Virus record (IMG/VR): IMGVR_UViG_3300031658_000079
Location: 1-27,997 of that record
Source: a virus
Taxonomy: Duplodnaviria > Caudoviricetes
Strand: one strand, 5' to 3'
DNA length: 27,997 nt
Made by a program: the position numbers and the translations under genes. Under the pieces are notes generated by a model. It searched no databases, was not told the origin of the DNA, and worked only from the letters and a program-made list of their open reading frames with translations. How positions within the stretch are numbered: the stretch's first letter is position 1; each line of letters begins with the position of its first letter. Below are positions 1 through 11,500 of this stretch, one piece after another.

Positions 1-2
1 CA

Positions 3-446
3 AAGGTGCAAGTGAAACAGAGAGAAGATATGGTTAAATCTCAACAAGCAACCGTTGAGGGACAACAGCAGGAATTAAGACAATATTGGGAAGGTGTGGC
101 AGACACTCTAGAAAAATCGAAAGATTTTGCAGGGTTGAGCATCCCAGAGAGAGAAAAGGGTAAATTTTATTCTTATCTTTCTGCTCCTATTAATAAGGAT
201 GGCCACACACAACGTGATTTAGATCATAGTAATGCGCAGATGGAGCAAAAATTAGCAATAGATTATTTAATGTACAAAGGATTTAATCTAGAGCAAATTA
301 TAAACACCAAAGCAAAAACTAAAGCGACTAAATCCCTGAGAGAAAAGATTTCTAGAAATGAAGAGACTGTAAAAAGCTCTAGAGCTAAAGCTAGAACGAA
401 ACGAGTAAATGTCGATTTTGACGATCTTGATCTTAGTAATTTATAG
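3..446 (+). CDS. 5'-truncated conserved protein upstream of the major capsid gene (possible scaffold/structural protein)
   Basis: The frame is open from the window edge, so the GTG at 6 is probably not the true start. Charged, helical sequence. Its position directly before the MCP matches crAss-like gene order. Confidence 0.6.
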   Translation, partial: KVQVKQREDMVKSQQATVEGQQQELRQYWEGVADTLEKSKDFAGLSIPEREKGKFYSYLSAPINKDGHTQRDLDHSNAQMEQKLAIDYLMYKGFNLEQIINTKAKTKATKSLREKISRNEETVKSSRAKARTKRVNVDFDDLDLSNL

Positions 447-487
447 ACAATTTATTAAATTGTATTAACCTTAAAAATAATTAAAAA

Positions 488-1924
488 ATGAGCGGAACAA
501 ACATTAGCGTGCAGAAGAATTACTATAACGATGCACAAATGACAGACATGAACAGTCTGTCTAACGCGCTATTGGCTCGTCCAACAGAATTATCACCGAT
601 AATTACTCACTTGGCTGGAAAAGACGATAAGCGTTTTCCATTATCTTTCTTAACAGAAGGTGTAGGAAACACTAAGTCCATTGACAGACTAGAGTATGAA
701 TATCGTGTGAAAACTCATACGTTAAAGACGAGACCAATTGCAGCAGCAGGAGCAGCAGTAGGAGCAGGTGCGGCAGGAGCAACATTTACGTTGACCTTTC
801 CAGATAAGCACTTTGTATTTCCTTACGTGTTGATCAACGGAATCGGAGAACAAGTTAGAATCATGAATGAGCCAGTACAAAATGCTGGAAATTATGAGTA
901 CACATGTAGACTTGTTAATCCAGATTTAACAGCAACTTTAACTAGTGGAGTAGCAGTGGGGTCTCTTTGGGCTTCTTTGTATGCACCTGTAGGAGTAGAT
1001 TTCTCTAGAGGAAATGCTTCAAACTGGGAAACTCCAGGGAAAGTTCGTAACAAAATCGGAACTGTAAGAAAGTCTTACCATATGTCTGGTAATGCTAAAG
1101 ATTTTGTAGCAGAATTCTCTTTACCAACTAAAGGCGGTAAAACTACTAAACTTTGGATGGACTATGAAGAGTACACACACATGTTGGACTTTAAAGAAGA
1201 ATGTGAAATGTACTACTGGTACGGACAAAAAACTTATGACTCAGCAGGATCAACTCAAATGAAAGACGAAAACGGACAGCCAGTAATTGTAGGTCCAGGT
1301 CTTTTAGAGCAAATCATCAACAGAGATACTTATTCTACTTTAACGGAGAATAAAATCAAAAATATTATTGGTGACTTATTCTATGGCATGACTGATGCTG
1401 CACAAAAACAAGTAACTCTTTATACTGGTACTGGTGGTGCTAGAGAATTTGATGAGGCTCTTAAAAATCACTTTAGCACAGGCGCAGGTTCGTGGAAAGT
1501 TGGTGGAGAGAATCGTTTCATCACTGGATCTGGTAGATCATTAGGTATGAGTGGTTACTTTACTTCATACGAGCACATTGACGGACATACGGTAAACGTG
1601 GTAAAATTACCATTATTTGACCATGGTCCAGTTGCACAAGCTCGTGCAAAACACCCTGTTACAGGATATTCACTTGAATCTTATAGAATGGTATTTGTTG
1701 ATCAGTCAAACTATGATGGACAAAATAACCTTCAAATGATCTCTAAGAAAGGTCGTGAGATGATGAGATGGTGTGTAGCCGGTTCAGTAGTTCCAAGAGG
1801 ATTTGATTCAAGTTCTTCTAGAGCATCTGACGTGGATGGGGCATCTGTACATATGTTGAAAACAGCAGGTATTATCTTAAGAAGATTTGATACTTCGCTT
1901 GACATCACTTGTATAGCTTCGTAG
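488..1924 (+). CDS. Major capsid protein, crAss-like phage type
   Basis: 478 aa. Motifs resemble Crassvirales MCPs as I recall them (MTDMNSLSNALLARP, FPLSFLTEG, RKSYHMSG, EECEMYYWYG, LYTGTGG.REFD.A, YEHIDGH.V.V..LPLFD). A-rich leader; followed by a strong hairpin. Confidence 0.9.
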   Translation: MSGTNISVQKNYYNDAQMTDMNSLSNALLARPTELSPIITHLAGKDDKRFPLSFLTEGVGNTKSIDRLEYEYRVKTHTLKTRPIAAAGAAVGAGAAGATFTLTFPDKHFVFPYVLINGIGEQVRIMNEPVQNAGNYEYTCRLVNPDLTATLTSGVAVGSLWASLYAPVGVDFSRGNASNWETPGKVRNKIGTVRKSYHMSGNAKDFVAEFSLPTKGGKTTKLWMDYEEYTHMLDFKEECEMYYWYGQKTYDSAGSTQMKDENGQPVIVGPGLLEQIINRDTYSTLTENKIKNIIGDLFYGMTDAAQKQVTLYTGTGGAREFDEALKNHFSTGAGSWKVGGENRFITGSGRSLGMSGYFTSYEHIDGHTVNVVKLPLFDHGPVAQARAKHPVTGYSLESYRMVFVDQSNYDGQNNLQMISKKGREMMRWCVAGSVVPRGFDSSSSRASDVDGASVHMLKTAGIILRRFDTSLDITCIAS

Positions 1925-1964
1925 TAGGCATTAATTTGCGTTTTATATATATTGGTTTTTGATT

Positions 1965-1994
1965 GAGGATGTGGGGGGAAACCCCCACGTCTTT
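1965..1994 (+). terminator. GC-rich hairpin after the MCP gene (intrinsic terminator or 3' stabiliser)
   Basis: GAGGATGTGGGGG-GAAA-CCCCCACGTCTTT: 13-bp stem including G-U pairs, with a GNRA tetraloop. Only a short U run follows. Confidence 0.75.
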
Positions 1995-2062
1995 AATTAT
2001 TAATAATAACGGGGAGTTATTCTTTACACCCACCTAATTTAAACTTTAAAAGAACTAAGATT

Positions 2063-2872
2063 ATGAGTAAAATAGTATTTTTAAGGAGACGAGAGATTTT
2101 AAATCACTTACCTAAAGAAGTTAGAGCAGAAGCAATTATGAAGCTTAGTAGTGTTTTTGTGAACAGACAGCCATTAAAAGGCTTCGATCGTGCAGACGAA
2201 AGTAAATATTTAGATGGACTGTTGGATGTAAGTCCAGCACATGCAGATTGGCCAAAACATGCAAAATCTTTTTGGACTGATCTCACAATACCAGTAGGAT
2301 TCACTGGGGTAGAATTGGAAATAGGTATGAATGCAGATGGATCTCCATTACAAATTATGGATTACATCAAATATAGTTTTGCTCTTAAACATCCACAAGT
2401 TGGATTAAATAAGGAGGAGATGCAAGCAGACCCTGTTAAGAGATTTTATATCCATGATACTACTAGAGATATTAAACTTAAAAACACTCAAATACAATTG
2501 AGGAAAGATGCAGACAGAGAGTTTATTAAAATTGCAGCAGATATTAAATCTATGAGGAGAGTACTTCGTATTTTAGCTAATACAAATCCAGATAGAATGA
2601 CAGAGGAACAGGTTGAAAATGCTTTATATGAATTTAAAGATTCAAGCCCTGTAAAATTTGTTAAGATTGCTAGAGATAGTAACCTACCTGTAAAAGCTGA
2701 AATTGCAGAACTAGTGTCCGCAGGAGTATTAAGAAAAATTGGAAACCAGATAATTTTTATTGATGAGGTAATTGGAGATTCTACAGACGATACAGTAGTA
2801 TTTTTAAAAGATAAAAAGAATTCAGGACAGTTAACAATAATGAGAGCAAAATTAAAAGAATTAGCCTTATAA
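2063..2872 (+). CDS. Conserved crAss-like protein encoded immediately downstream of the MCP (function unknown)
   Basis: 269 aa, charged. Motifs FW.DL.IPV, DYIKY.FALKHP.V, RFYIHD, FLKDKKN. The syntenic position is typical of this family. Confidence 0.7.
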   Translation: MSKIVFLRRREILNHLPKEVRAEAIMKLSSVFVNRQPLKGFDRADESKYLDGLLDVSPAHADWPKHAKSFWTDLTIPVGFTGVELEIGMNADGSPLQIMDYIKYSFALKHPQVGLNKEEMQADPVKRFYIHDTTRDIKLKNTQIQLRKDADREFIKIAADIKSMRRVLRILANTNPDRMTEEQVENALYEFKDSSPVKFVKIARDSNLPVKAEIAELVSAGVLRKIGNQIIFIDEVIGDSTDDTVVFLKDKKNSGQLTIMRAKLKELAL

Positions 2873-2873
2873 C

Positions 2874-3998
2874 ATGAATGTACAACAAATGCATTTAGCA
2901 ATCGAGCAAGGAGTGGATAAAATCAATTCACTCCAAGCCGATTTGCTTTTACCTGAAGAGATAGATTTAGAATTGAATAAAGCTCAATCTAAATTTGTTA
3001 ATCTCAAATATGGAATAAATAATAAATATCAACTAGGATTTGAAGGAAATCAAAAACGTATAGACGATTTACGTGTATTGGTTTCTGAATATGAAGATAT
3101 AACTACATATAAAGAGCAACTGTTCAATAATATACATGTAGACTCTTTTAGATTACCTACAGATTATATGTATTTAATTAATCAACTGACTAGGGTTTAT
3201 ACAAATAAATGTGAGCCTATGTCTTGGAGTGTTTCATATCCCAAAGATTATTATTACTTTAGAGTAAGTATGGCTGGTTTTATATCTAACGAAAGTACCG
3301 CCATTATTAACGAGCTAGTCATTTATGACGATCCTCAAAATATAACAGCAGGTACTACATATAGTTTATGGACAAATGTAAATGCACATACATATCCAAC
3401 AGGTGTTCCAGCTGCGCAGGGAGAAATATTAGCATCAGGTAACGCTGGCGCTATTATGAACTGGGAAGCTATTGGGCATTTAAGCTATCCGGATGAAATA
3501 ATTATTATAATTGATCCACTTCTTTACCCAACATTAGTGGCAGCTTTATCCACAGCAACCGTAATAGGTAAAAATCTAGCAGGTGCACATATCTCTAGTT
3601 CACCTTTACGTAAAACAAACGTAGCATTTTCAGAAAAGAGAGTTCCAACTTCTTCTGCATCTTTAAAATTATCTTCACATGCCTCTAAATTTGTGCAGCA
3701 AGATGATATATTTGCAATGCTACAAGATCCATTTAATACAACAAAATATACATCTCCGCTCTACACAGTAAGACAAGATGTACTTGATATATACACTAGT
3801 GATATATTTATAATAGACAGTGTAAAATTAACATACTTAAGAAACCCTCTCCAAATTTCATTATCTTTGGGGATTAGTTGTGAACTGCCCGACCATTCTC
3901 ATAGAGAGATTGTGGACATGACCATAAGTAGTATTTTAGAATCGATTGCAGATCCTAGGTACAAATCTTATGAAGCCGAGGCAAATAAAAATGAATAA
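2874..3998 (+). CDS. Ring / tail-tubular (head-tail connector-like) protein
   Basis: 374 aa. N-terminal EEIDLELNKAQ..FV...Y and FEGNQKRIDDLR.LV, central LP.DYMYL, and C-terminal YLRNP...CELPDHSHREIVDM resemble crAss-like ring proteins. Confidence 0.75.
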   Translation: MNVQQMHLAIEQGVDKINSLQADLLLPEEIDLELNKAQSKFVNLKYGINNKYQLGFEGNQKRIDDLRVLVSEYEDITTYKEQLFNNIHVDSFRLPTDYMYLINQLTRVYTNKCEPMSWSVSYPKDYYYFRVSMAGFISNESTAIINELVIYDDPQNITAGTTYSLWTNVNAHTYPTGVPAAQGEILASGNAGAIMNWEAIGHLSYPDEIIIIIDPLLYPTLVAALSTATVIGKNLAGAHISSSPLRKTNVAFSEKRVPTSSASLKLSSHASKFVQQDDIFAMLQDPFNTTKYTSPLYTVRQDVLDIYTSDIFIIDSVKLTYLRNPLQISLSLGISCELPDHSHREIVDMTISSILESIADPRYKSYEAEANKNE

Positions 3999-4020
3999 GT
4001 AATAAAAAAAATTTAAAAAA

Positions 4021-4950
4021 ATGAGACAACTTTTAATTGGAGCGGATGTAACATCTGCAACAGCAACGGGCTTAGTAGCCTATAAAAAAGTAGCAGCAAC
4101 AGGGGCAACTGCATTGTTAGTAACAGGAGACACGTTGCAAACAGCACCAGAAGTAAAATTCTGTAGAAATGGTTCAGGAGAGTGTTCTCCTTGGATTCAA
4201 GGAAAGGATATTACAAACTGGGGTGGTATATCAGGAGCAGCACAAACTGCAGAATCTGTAGCTATTTTAACTTCTGTAGCACCAACTACTGCAGGAACAA
4301 TAATGATGATTAAATTAATTGATCAGGCATCAGGATCTGAGCCTTATGTTAGAGAAAATATAGAATTTGTTTGTACTACAGCAACAGCAACAACTTCTGT
4401 AGCTTTAGGGGCAGCAGTAGCAGCACACATTGCAGCACCTGGGTATAACGGAATGATTGCTTCAACTTCACAAACAGGTTCAACAGTAACTATTGTTGGG
4501 CATACTTATGCAGGACCATCTGCAATAGGGTATAATGCACAGACTAATATTGCAGGGGCTTTTGATGCTAATGGTGATGCAACAGGTGCACATACTTTTA
4601 CTTCTACAGCAGCAACGTCTACTTTAGGGGATTCTTTTATCTTAGCAGACTTTGAAAAAAGTTTATTAGGAAGTAACAAAGGAGATTACTATAGAGTACA
4701 ACAGCCAGATGCAACGGTAACATATGCAGTTGCAGGATTACTTATGGATGTGTACACTTTAGGGTGGAACTCTAGATATTCAAATGGTCAAATTAACAAA
4801 GTAGATAACAACCATGAATTATACATGGCGGTTCCAGGAACAATTTCTACTTGGGTTAGATCTGGATCAGGAGTAACTGCTTTTGAGACTATCATGAATG
4901 GGTACTTAGCTCATACATCAGCGGGTAATTTACCAGTAGTAGCACTTTAA
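4021..4950 (+). CDS. Probable auxiliary capsid / virion structural protein
   Basis: 309 aa, Ala/Thr/Gly-rich and beta-rich. Strong A-rich leader and its own terminator suggest a high-copy product. Position after the ring gene matches the crAss-like auxiliary capsid gene (inferred from synteny). Confidence 0.55.
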   Translation: MRQLLIGADVTSATATGLVAYKKVAATGATALLVTGDTLQTAPEVKFCRNGSGECSPWIQGKDITNWGGISGAAQTAESVAILTSVAPTTAGTIMMIKLIDQASGSEPYVRENIEFVCTTATATTSVALGAAVAAHIAAPGYNGMIASTSQTGSTVTIVGHTYAGPSAIGYNAQTNIAGAFDANGDATGAHTFTSTAATSTLGDSFILADFEKSLLGSNKGDYYRVQQPDATVTYAVAGLLMDVYTLGWNSRYSNGQINKVDNNHELYMAVPGTISTWVRSGSGVTAFETIMNGYLAHTSAGNLPVVAL

Positions 4951-4962
4951 TATTTAATTAAT

Positions 4963-5004
4963 AAAGGTTATAGAGAGCATTCGTGTTTTCTATAACCTTT
5001 TTTT
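4963..5004 (+). terminator. Rho-independent terminator
   Basis: AAAGGTTATAGAGAGCA-TTCG-TGTTTTCTATAACCTTT: 17-bp stem (2 G-U pairs), UUCG loop, and a T7 run at 4998-5004. Confidence 0.85.
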
Positions 5005-5015
5005 AACCTTATACA

Positions 5016-5516
5016 ATGGCCTTACAAACAACCCTTATATCTAATTGTAGCAGTGTAACTGTTCAAGTAACAGACACTTTAGCCGGAGCCTCTTCAGGTG
5101 ACGTGATTCAATTGATAGATTACAGTGGGACTTATCCTACAGTAACTCAAACAGTAACAGGACTACCTGCATCAGGATTTATGGATGTAGTTGTATCAGT
5201 ACCTGGAAATGGGGTTTATACCATTGATTTTAAGCAAAATTCTACGACGGTAGTAGATAGTACAGGATTAGTTTCCGCATGTAACGTAGACTGTTGTCTA
5301 GGAAAGTATGCAGAGGAATTAATGGGGTGTTCATGTGACTGCCCAAAATGTTCAACAACTTTAGCAAAAGCTCAAAAAGTTTTCTTACTTTTGAACTCTG
5401 CAATTGCAAACGCTGGTTTGTATGATCTGACTAATACAGGTTATATTAAAGGAGCTAATGATAAATACCTAAAAGCGAAAGCCATGTGTGATGGTAAATG
5501 TGGATGTGATTGTTAA
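5016..5516 (+). CDS. Cys-rich structural protein, possible tail hub / fibre-docking protein
   Basis: 166 aa. Beta-rich N-half, then a helical C-half with CNVDCC, CSCDCPKC and terminal CDGKCGCDC. Synteny fits crAss-like hub proteins. Confidence 0.5.
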   Translation: MALQTTLISNCSSVTVQVTDTLAGASSGDVIQLIDYSGTYPTVTQTVTGLPASGFMDVVVSVPGNGVYTIDFKQNSTTVVDSTGLVSACNVDCCLGKYAEELMGCSCDCPKCSTTLAKAQKVFLLLNSAIANAGLYDLTNTGYIKGANDKYLKAKAMCDGKCGCDC

Positions 5517-5527
5517 AACCTTAATAT

Positions 5528-8500
5528 ATGCCTGTTACTTGTCCTTCGTGTTCGTCAATTACTCTTACAGCTGCTTCCGGAAATACTAATTGTATTTCTG
5601 AATGGAGGGCTGAAATATTTTGTACCTCTAATCCTTTTGATAAAGTTACTACAACTCTTCAGTATAGCGTAACCGGTACAGGAGGATGGACTGATATTCT
5701 TTTGTCTTATCTAGATTATCAAAATACATTTCAGAATTTTAATTCCCCTACGCAAAATATGAATGGGTTGGGAACTCAAACAGGGTATTTTGATTATAAT
5801 ACACAGACTTTTGATGGGTATCATGCATTCAAACATCAATGTGGAGCACTTAGTCCCTTTCAAGAAAATAAGACTGGGTATTATAGAGTAAAAGCAGAGC
5901 TAGAATACCCTTCAATAACTTGTACACAGTACTCTAATTCCGTTTTAATAACAATTGGATCAGGTAATATTGTAGATTTAGAAGCTAGTGTCTCGTGTGG
6001 GTGTGTAGACACTGACTCTACTTATGGAACAAGTGCTAAATTAGCTCTTAATTTTCAAGCTTCTGCTCCAACATGTCCTTCGGACTGCAGGTTTGAAAGC
6101 TGTCCAACTCTTCTAAGTATGTCTGATGGGGATATAGTATACAACTTACCCTCAAAGGTAGAGGATAGATCTGTAGTTTTATTTAATATTAATGATTTAG
6201 GGCCAGCTAACTCTGTAGCATTCGCAGCAGGGAAGAATTATATGTATTGGACTAGTGCTACTTCCGGGTATATAACAGAAGTAGGATACCAATGGCCTGG
6301 AGGGTGGGATTTTGAAACAGGAGCTACAGCTACCTCTTTCAAGGTAGGAGTACTTAATTTAGATTATGTTACGCCTTTGTATTCGTGGGGATCACATTTA
6401 GCGGATATACCAAATACTACACACCAACTTTTAGCTTCTCATAGAAATAGACATATAAATTTTAATGGTTCTAGTTTAACCACAAATTACCAATTACATA
6501 CTGGGGGACAACATCCTAACTCTATATATATAATAAATAACTATAATATTAGTGATCTGGCTCAGGGTAAGATATACCCTGCTCTGTTTGACTGGGGAGG
6601 AGTGACACGCCAGGAGCAATTTGATTTTGGGATAGTAGTTACATCTGACTATGACGCTGGCGACAGTGCGGGAGATTTAGTTGGGACTGTTTTAGTGAAT
6701 TTAGATCCAATTCGTATGGTTAACCCCTTAGAAGTACAAGCGGCGGATATGGAACCTATGTTTATGTATCCAGATTATAATTTTTATGATGCTGCTAATT
6801 CTAACCCCGGAGCACTCCCAACTATGAATGCTGAGGTAGGTATAACATCTGGGTTTGATTATAAAACATATTGTTCAGGAGATTTAACAGTATTTAGAAC
6901 AAATGCCCACACAACACTATATTCTTTAGATGATGCAAGTAATACCTTTACAACCGGTACCTCTAATCATCCTTGTACAGGAGTTGGGGCAGATTGTCCT
7001 CCTTATTACCACTCGTCCGATGTAAATGCGCCCCACGCTAGTATAGGTAGACTTAAAATATTAAATAGAATAGAATATGTATCGTCTACGGCAGGAGAAG
7101 ACGATGAGTTTCCTAGTACAACAACTGCTATAAAACTTAGATTTGCAAATGGATCTTTAACATCTCCTGGAGCCACCGCTGAAGAAGGGTGGTACCACAT
7201 TATAGCTAAAGATTGGAATAGAGAGATATATAATACATGGAACACGGCTAATCCACAGACCCCAGCAATGAATAATGGGTCTACACAGCATTGGGCGTCT
7301 CTTGGAAATGCAGGAATAGGATTTTCTTCACATCAAAATTATAACACTATTTATAATACTAGTTTCTTTAGTATGCCTCAATATGAACTCTTTTTTGAAA
7401 ATGGAACAGATACTTGGAGATATGGGTTTAACCCGTTAGGACTACATGCGTCATATGGTACTATTCCATACCAAGTTGATGAGGCAGGTAAAAGCACCTT
7501 TAGAGTTTTAGATACTACAAATGGTGGGGCATGTACAGGATATGCTTCCAGCTGTTCCGATCCTGTATCTTTAAATTTTGATTCTAATACTGTTTCGACG
7601 TTCTCAAGAGGATCAGGCCGATCTGAAAAAAGAAGTACAGTTTGCTTCTATTGTGATAAATTAACAGGGAAGGTTGAGGCTGTTTCACCTGGAGATGATG
7701 GACCTTCAGGAGATATAAGTGTCCCTTTTGAGTTTGTATCTCTAAGTACTACTAATCCTACCTATGCAAATTGGGGAGATGGTTCTATCACTTTAACTGT
7801 AAATAGAACTGCTATTTTTAGTGATAATTTTCCAGTGCCTATACCAAACTATAGGTATAAAGCGGTTATATATAAAGTTTCAGGTCCAGGAGTAAGTTGG
7901 ACTGATTCACAATCCTATATTGTTGCTGGGGGAATCCAAGATTTATTAACTTCACCTGTAGTTACTTTTGCGAGTACTACATATCCGTCTCCTTTATTAT
8001 TACCAGAGGGGCACTATAGTATTAAGTGGTCTATAAATGTAATTGATCCTGGAGTATACGAGGTAGAAGAGTGTTGGTGGGAATACCCAGTATCACTAAC
8101 GGCGGACAATGTTGCTCCAAATCCTCCTATATTTCTACATTTGGGTATACATACTAGCGGATATAGTTTTAAAGTACAGGCCTTGGATACTGTTAGATCA
8201 TATGCATCCGCACCAACACTTACACCTGTGTTTACACCTCCTACTACGTCTTTCGTACAATGTCAAGAAGGTACGTGTTTAGACAGTGGAACAGTCAGTG
8301 GTACTGTTGGAACTAATATTACGTTATACGGCGGAGGTTCTTTATATAGCTATAAAGATGTATGTGTAGCTGCAGGGCATACTTGGAACGGATTTGATCA
8401 CATAGCATCTATAGAAGATGTAACAGTTGGTAATTGGGGAAATATGACCGCTAAACCAACCTTTACACACTCTTACCCTCTCAGTGGGGTACCATACCCT

Positions 8501-11500
8501 AATCATGCGTATAATAAAACGATCTGGCAATCTTCTACGTACTTTCCTAAAACTACTCCTAGTTTTATATCATCGGCAATAGGTACATTGTACCCAGCCG
8601 CAGATATTGATATTAAAGTAACTTGGGAAAGTGGATTTACTAAAACTTTTACTTTAACTTCCCCGATAATGCACGGTAGAGGAGGGCAGGGTCTAAATGG
8701 ATGGTGGAACCTTGGTGATTTAGCTCCATGTGCAGCAGAAATGTGGCCTACAGGGCAGTCATTATATAACGAGCCTGGAATCACTTTTCTACCGTATGAT
8801 CAGAATGCTACAACTACTTCAAGTGCTACGTCTCCTTACGTATCGCACGTTCCTCACCTCGTTCGTACACAAAGTTCAACTACCGCACATAATTTAAATC
8901 AATCATATAAAAATCAACAATTTTATAAAGTGTTGTCTTTACCTAGTCAGGCTCCTACATATCCGTACGAAGTTTATGATGGAGTAGGTAGTGCGCATGG
9001 CCAGTCAGGGAAAGGTATTCGTGGTTATTTCAGTACGTCACAATTTGTAGATTGGAATATTGGAAGGTCTTTAGCTGCAAACGGTACTGCAACTTTACAC
9101 GCAGGAATGATACTTGGTGGATTTACTGGGGAAGTTCTATATAAAATAGGACATGTTAGTGTTCTCTCCTCGTGGTTTGCTGCCAATTCCCTAGCTGCAG
9201 TTGCAGGGGTATTATCCACAATTGGAACTTCTACACACTATGATGATTTAATAACAAGTATTAAAAATACTACTGGAACCGCATACCAAGGGAATATAAC
9301 CTCGCCTGCAGTAATTGGAGGTGTAGGTACAGCTGGAACACTTACAGATGCGGATGACTCAGGAATATATTTTGAAGATGGTCTTTTTTATGCTAAAGAT
9401 TGTCCTGTATGTTTAACCCCACAATTTGATAAAGCATGTAGAGCGGCTGGGGCTATAAATTTAGATCTTACGGGCTATTCATCTGCTAGCACTTTGGCTT
9501 CACAGGATGATGGATCTTGTATGATGTGTGAGGCAGGATCAGGTAAATTACAAGTAGACGCTTGGGATCCGGGAGACGATGATCCAGCGCACTTTTCGTT
9601 TTACAACACAAACCCTATTCCATACCCGTCTTCTGGTCCTGACTTAGATGTGTCTAACCTAATTGAAGGGACAGGAAATATTTTAGATATTAATACAGGT
9701 TCTAATAATTGGGGAGCTGATGATGGACTATTAAATGTAGTAGATGGTTCTAATTTTTTAGGGAAGACTTGGTATAAAATACAAGGGGGATCAGGAGCAT
9801 ATTTAGGTTATGCCTCGAACACTACGGATGGCTCAGGAGAGATTCTGTTTAGAGCTGATTTTTGGGGTCAGTTTTTACTTGCAGCTAGCACTTCTATGGG
9901 GAATTTAGGTACTGATTTTCAAGTATTTTATGAATTATTTTACTACAATACTTCTACAAGTTCATGGGATTTAATTGAGCAGAGAGGTACAGCATCATAT
10001 GTTAACGGTGTTCCCTCTACAGTAGAAGACTTTCATTCTGGAACCACAACCCAGAATATCACATACGGACATTATAAATTACGAATTAAAGCGGTTGATA
10101 CAAATATTGGTTTCAGTGGTCCTCTTACTACATGTTTTCAAGATGTTTATCTTAATATGAGAGTTAGAGTATGTGATACCTTATACTCAACAACGGACGG
10201 AATAATTATATCTGATCCAAACGAAAGAATTGTAGACCCTAGTTTATCTTGTAACTGTTGTCCAGCTCTTGTATTAAGTGCAACTACTTCAGGAACAGGT
10301 TGTAATATAACACAAGGACTAACGATTACTGCTAATTGTGATTCAACAAACGGGGTAACACTAATTAGCTCCACATTAACAGCAACATTTCTTACAGGTC
10401 CTCTTGCAGGATCTTCCTCAAGTTTGGGCGCTATCACATCCTTTACCGGAAGTCCGGTTACAACTGGGAGTGTTACTGCCGCACATCTAGGACCAATGGC
10501 TCTATATGGAGCTTCATATACCGTTACTAGTACCTACACAGGCGGAACGTGTGATGGGGCGGTATTAACAAGTGCTCCTTTCAGCATTGCCGCTACTCCT
10601 ACTTGTGAATGTCAAGATCCAACTGCACTTAATTATCAAACTGTATACCCTAACGGAAATGCAGACTGTGTTGGGGCTATTGGAGGAACAAATTACAGTT
10701 GCTGTACATACCCAACAGCCTGTGCAGCTCCTACAGTAGCTATTGTAAGTACTGCATGTAACGTAACTTTAACTGCTACGTCAACTTGTTCTGGAAGTAT
10801 GCCTGATACAACACAATTTTTTGTGATGGATGTATCTGCAACTAGTAATGTATGGGATGCAAATAACCCTACATATACAGGGGCAACTCAAACTTTTGCA
10901 CCTACAACTGCCGCTATAAGTTGGACAATGGTTGAAAGTTGCAATTTGAATCAAATCTCAATATGGGCAGGTCTTACTAATGGAGTTTTTGTAATACTAC
11001 AAAGACAAACTTGGACCACTACTGGTTATACAATTGACAGTGTTAGTTCTGTATTCACTTTAGGTACGGGCTCTAATCCTTTAGGTACAGGACATTTTCC
11101 AGTTGTTTGTGGGTGTACTATTCAAACAGTTGGTTCTCCTGCTATAACTGCAACAAATTATAGCGCTTCAAATACCTGCGGTGATGGAAGTTGTATCTAC
11201 CCAGGGTGTATGGACGCAACAGCTACAAATTACAACGCGGCAGCTACAATTGATGATGGAAGCTGTCTAGGCGATCCAAGCTGCTCTATAATAACTGGTC
11301 TGAATTGGCGTAGGCCTGACTGCTCTTCCGGGTGGTGTGACCCTGAGATAGAGTTTAACTGGGCACAGTGTGATACTGATTCTGCTGGTAACAGTATAGA
11401 GTCTCCTGACACTATTCAGATTAAGACTATTTTTAGCATAGACAACGGTGCTTCATGGGTGCAAAGTTCCCAATATACTGTAGCGGGAGTAATGAATACT

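Noticed and set aside
740-782. GCA/GGA-rich low-complexity run in the MCP gene
   Set aside because: It simply encodes an Ala/Gly stretch (AAAGAAVGAGAAGA) in a variable part of the capsid protein.
3862-3869. TATCTTTG, matching the Bacteroidetes -7 promoter element, about 150 nt upstream of the 4021 gene
   Set aside because: No -33 TTTG at the expected spacing. It lies in coding sequence, and the same octamer occurs mid-gene elsewhere (e.g. 19411). It cannot be supported without TSS data.
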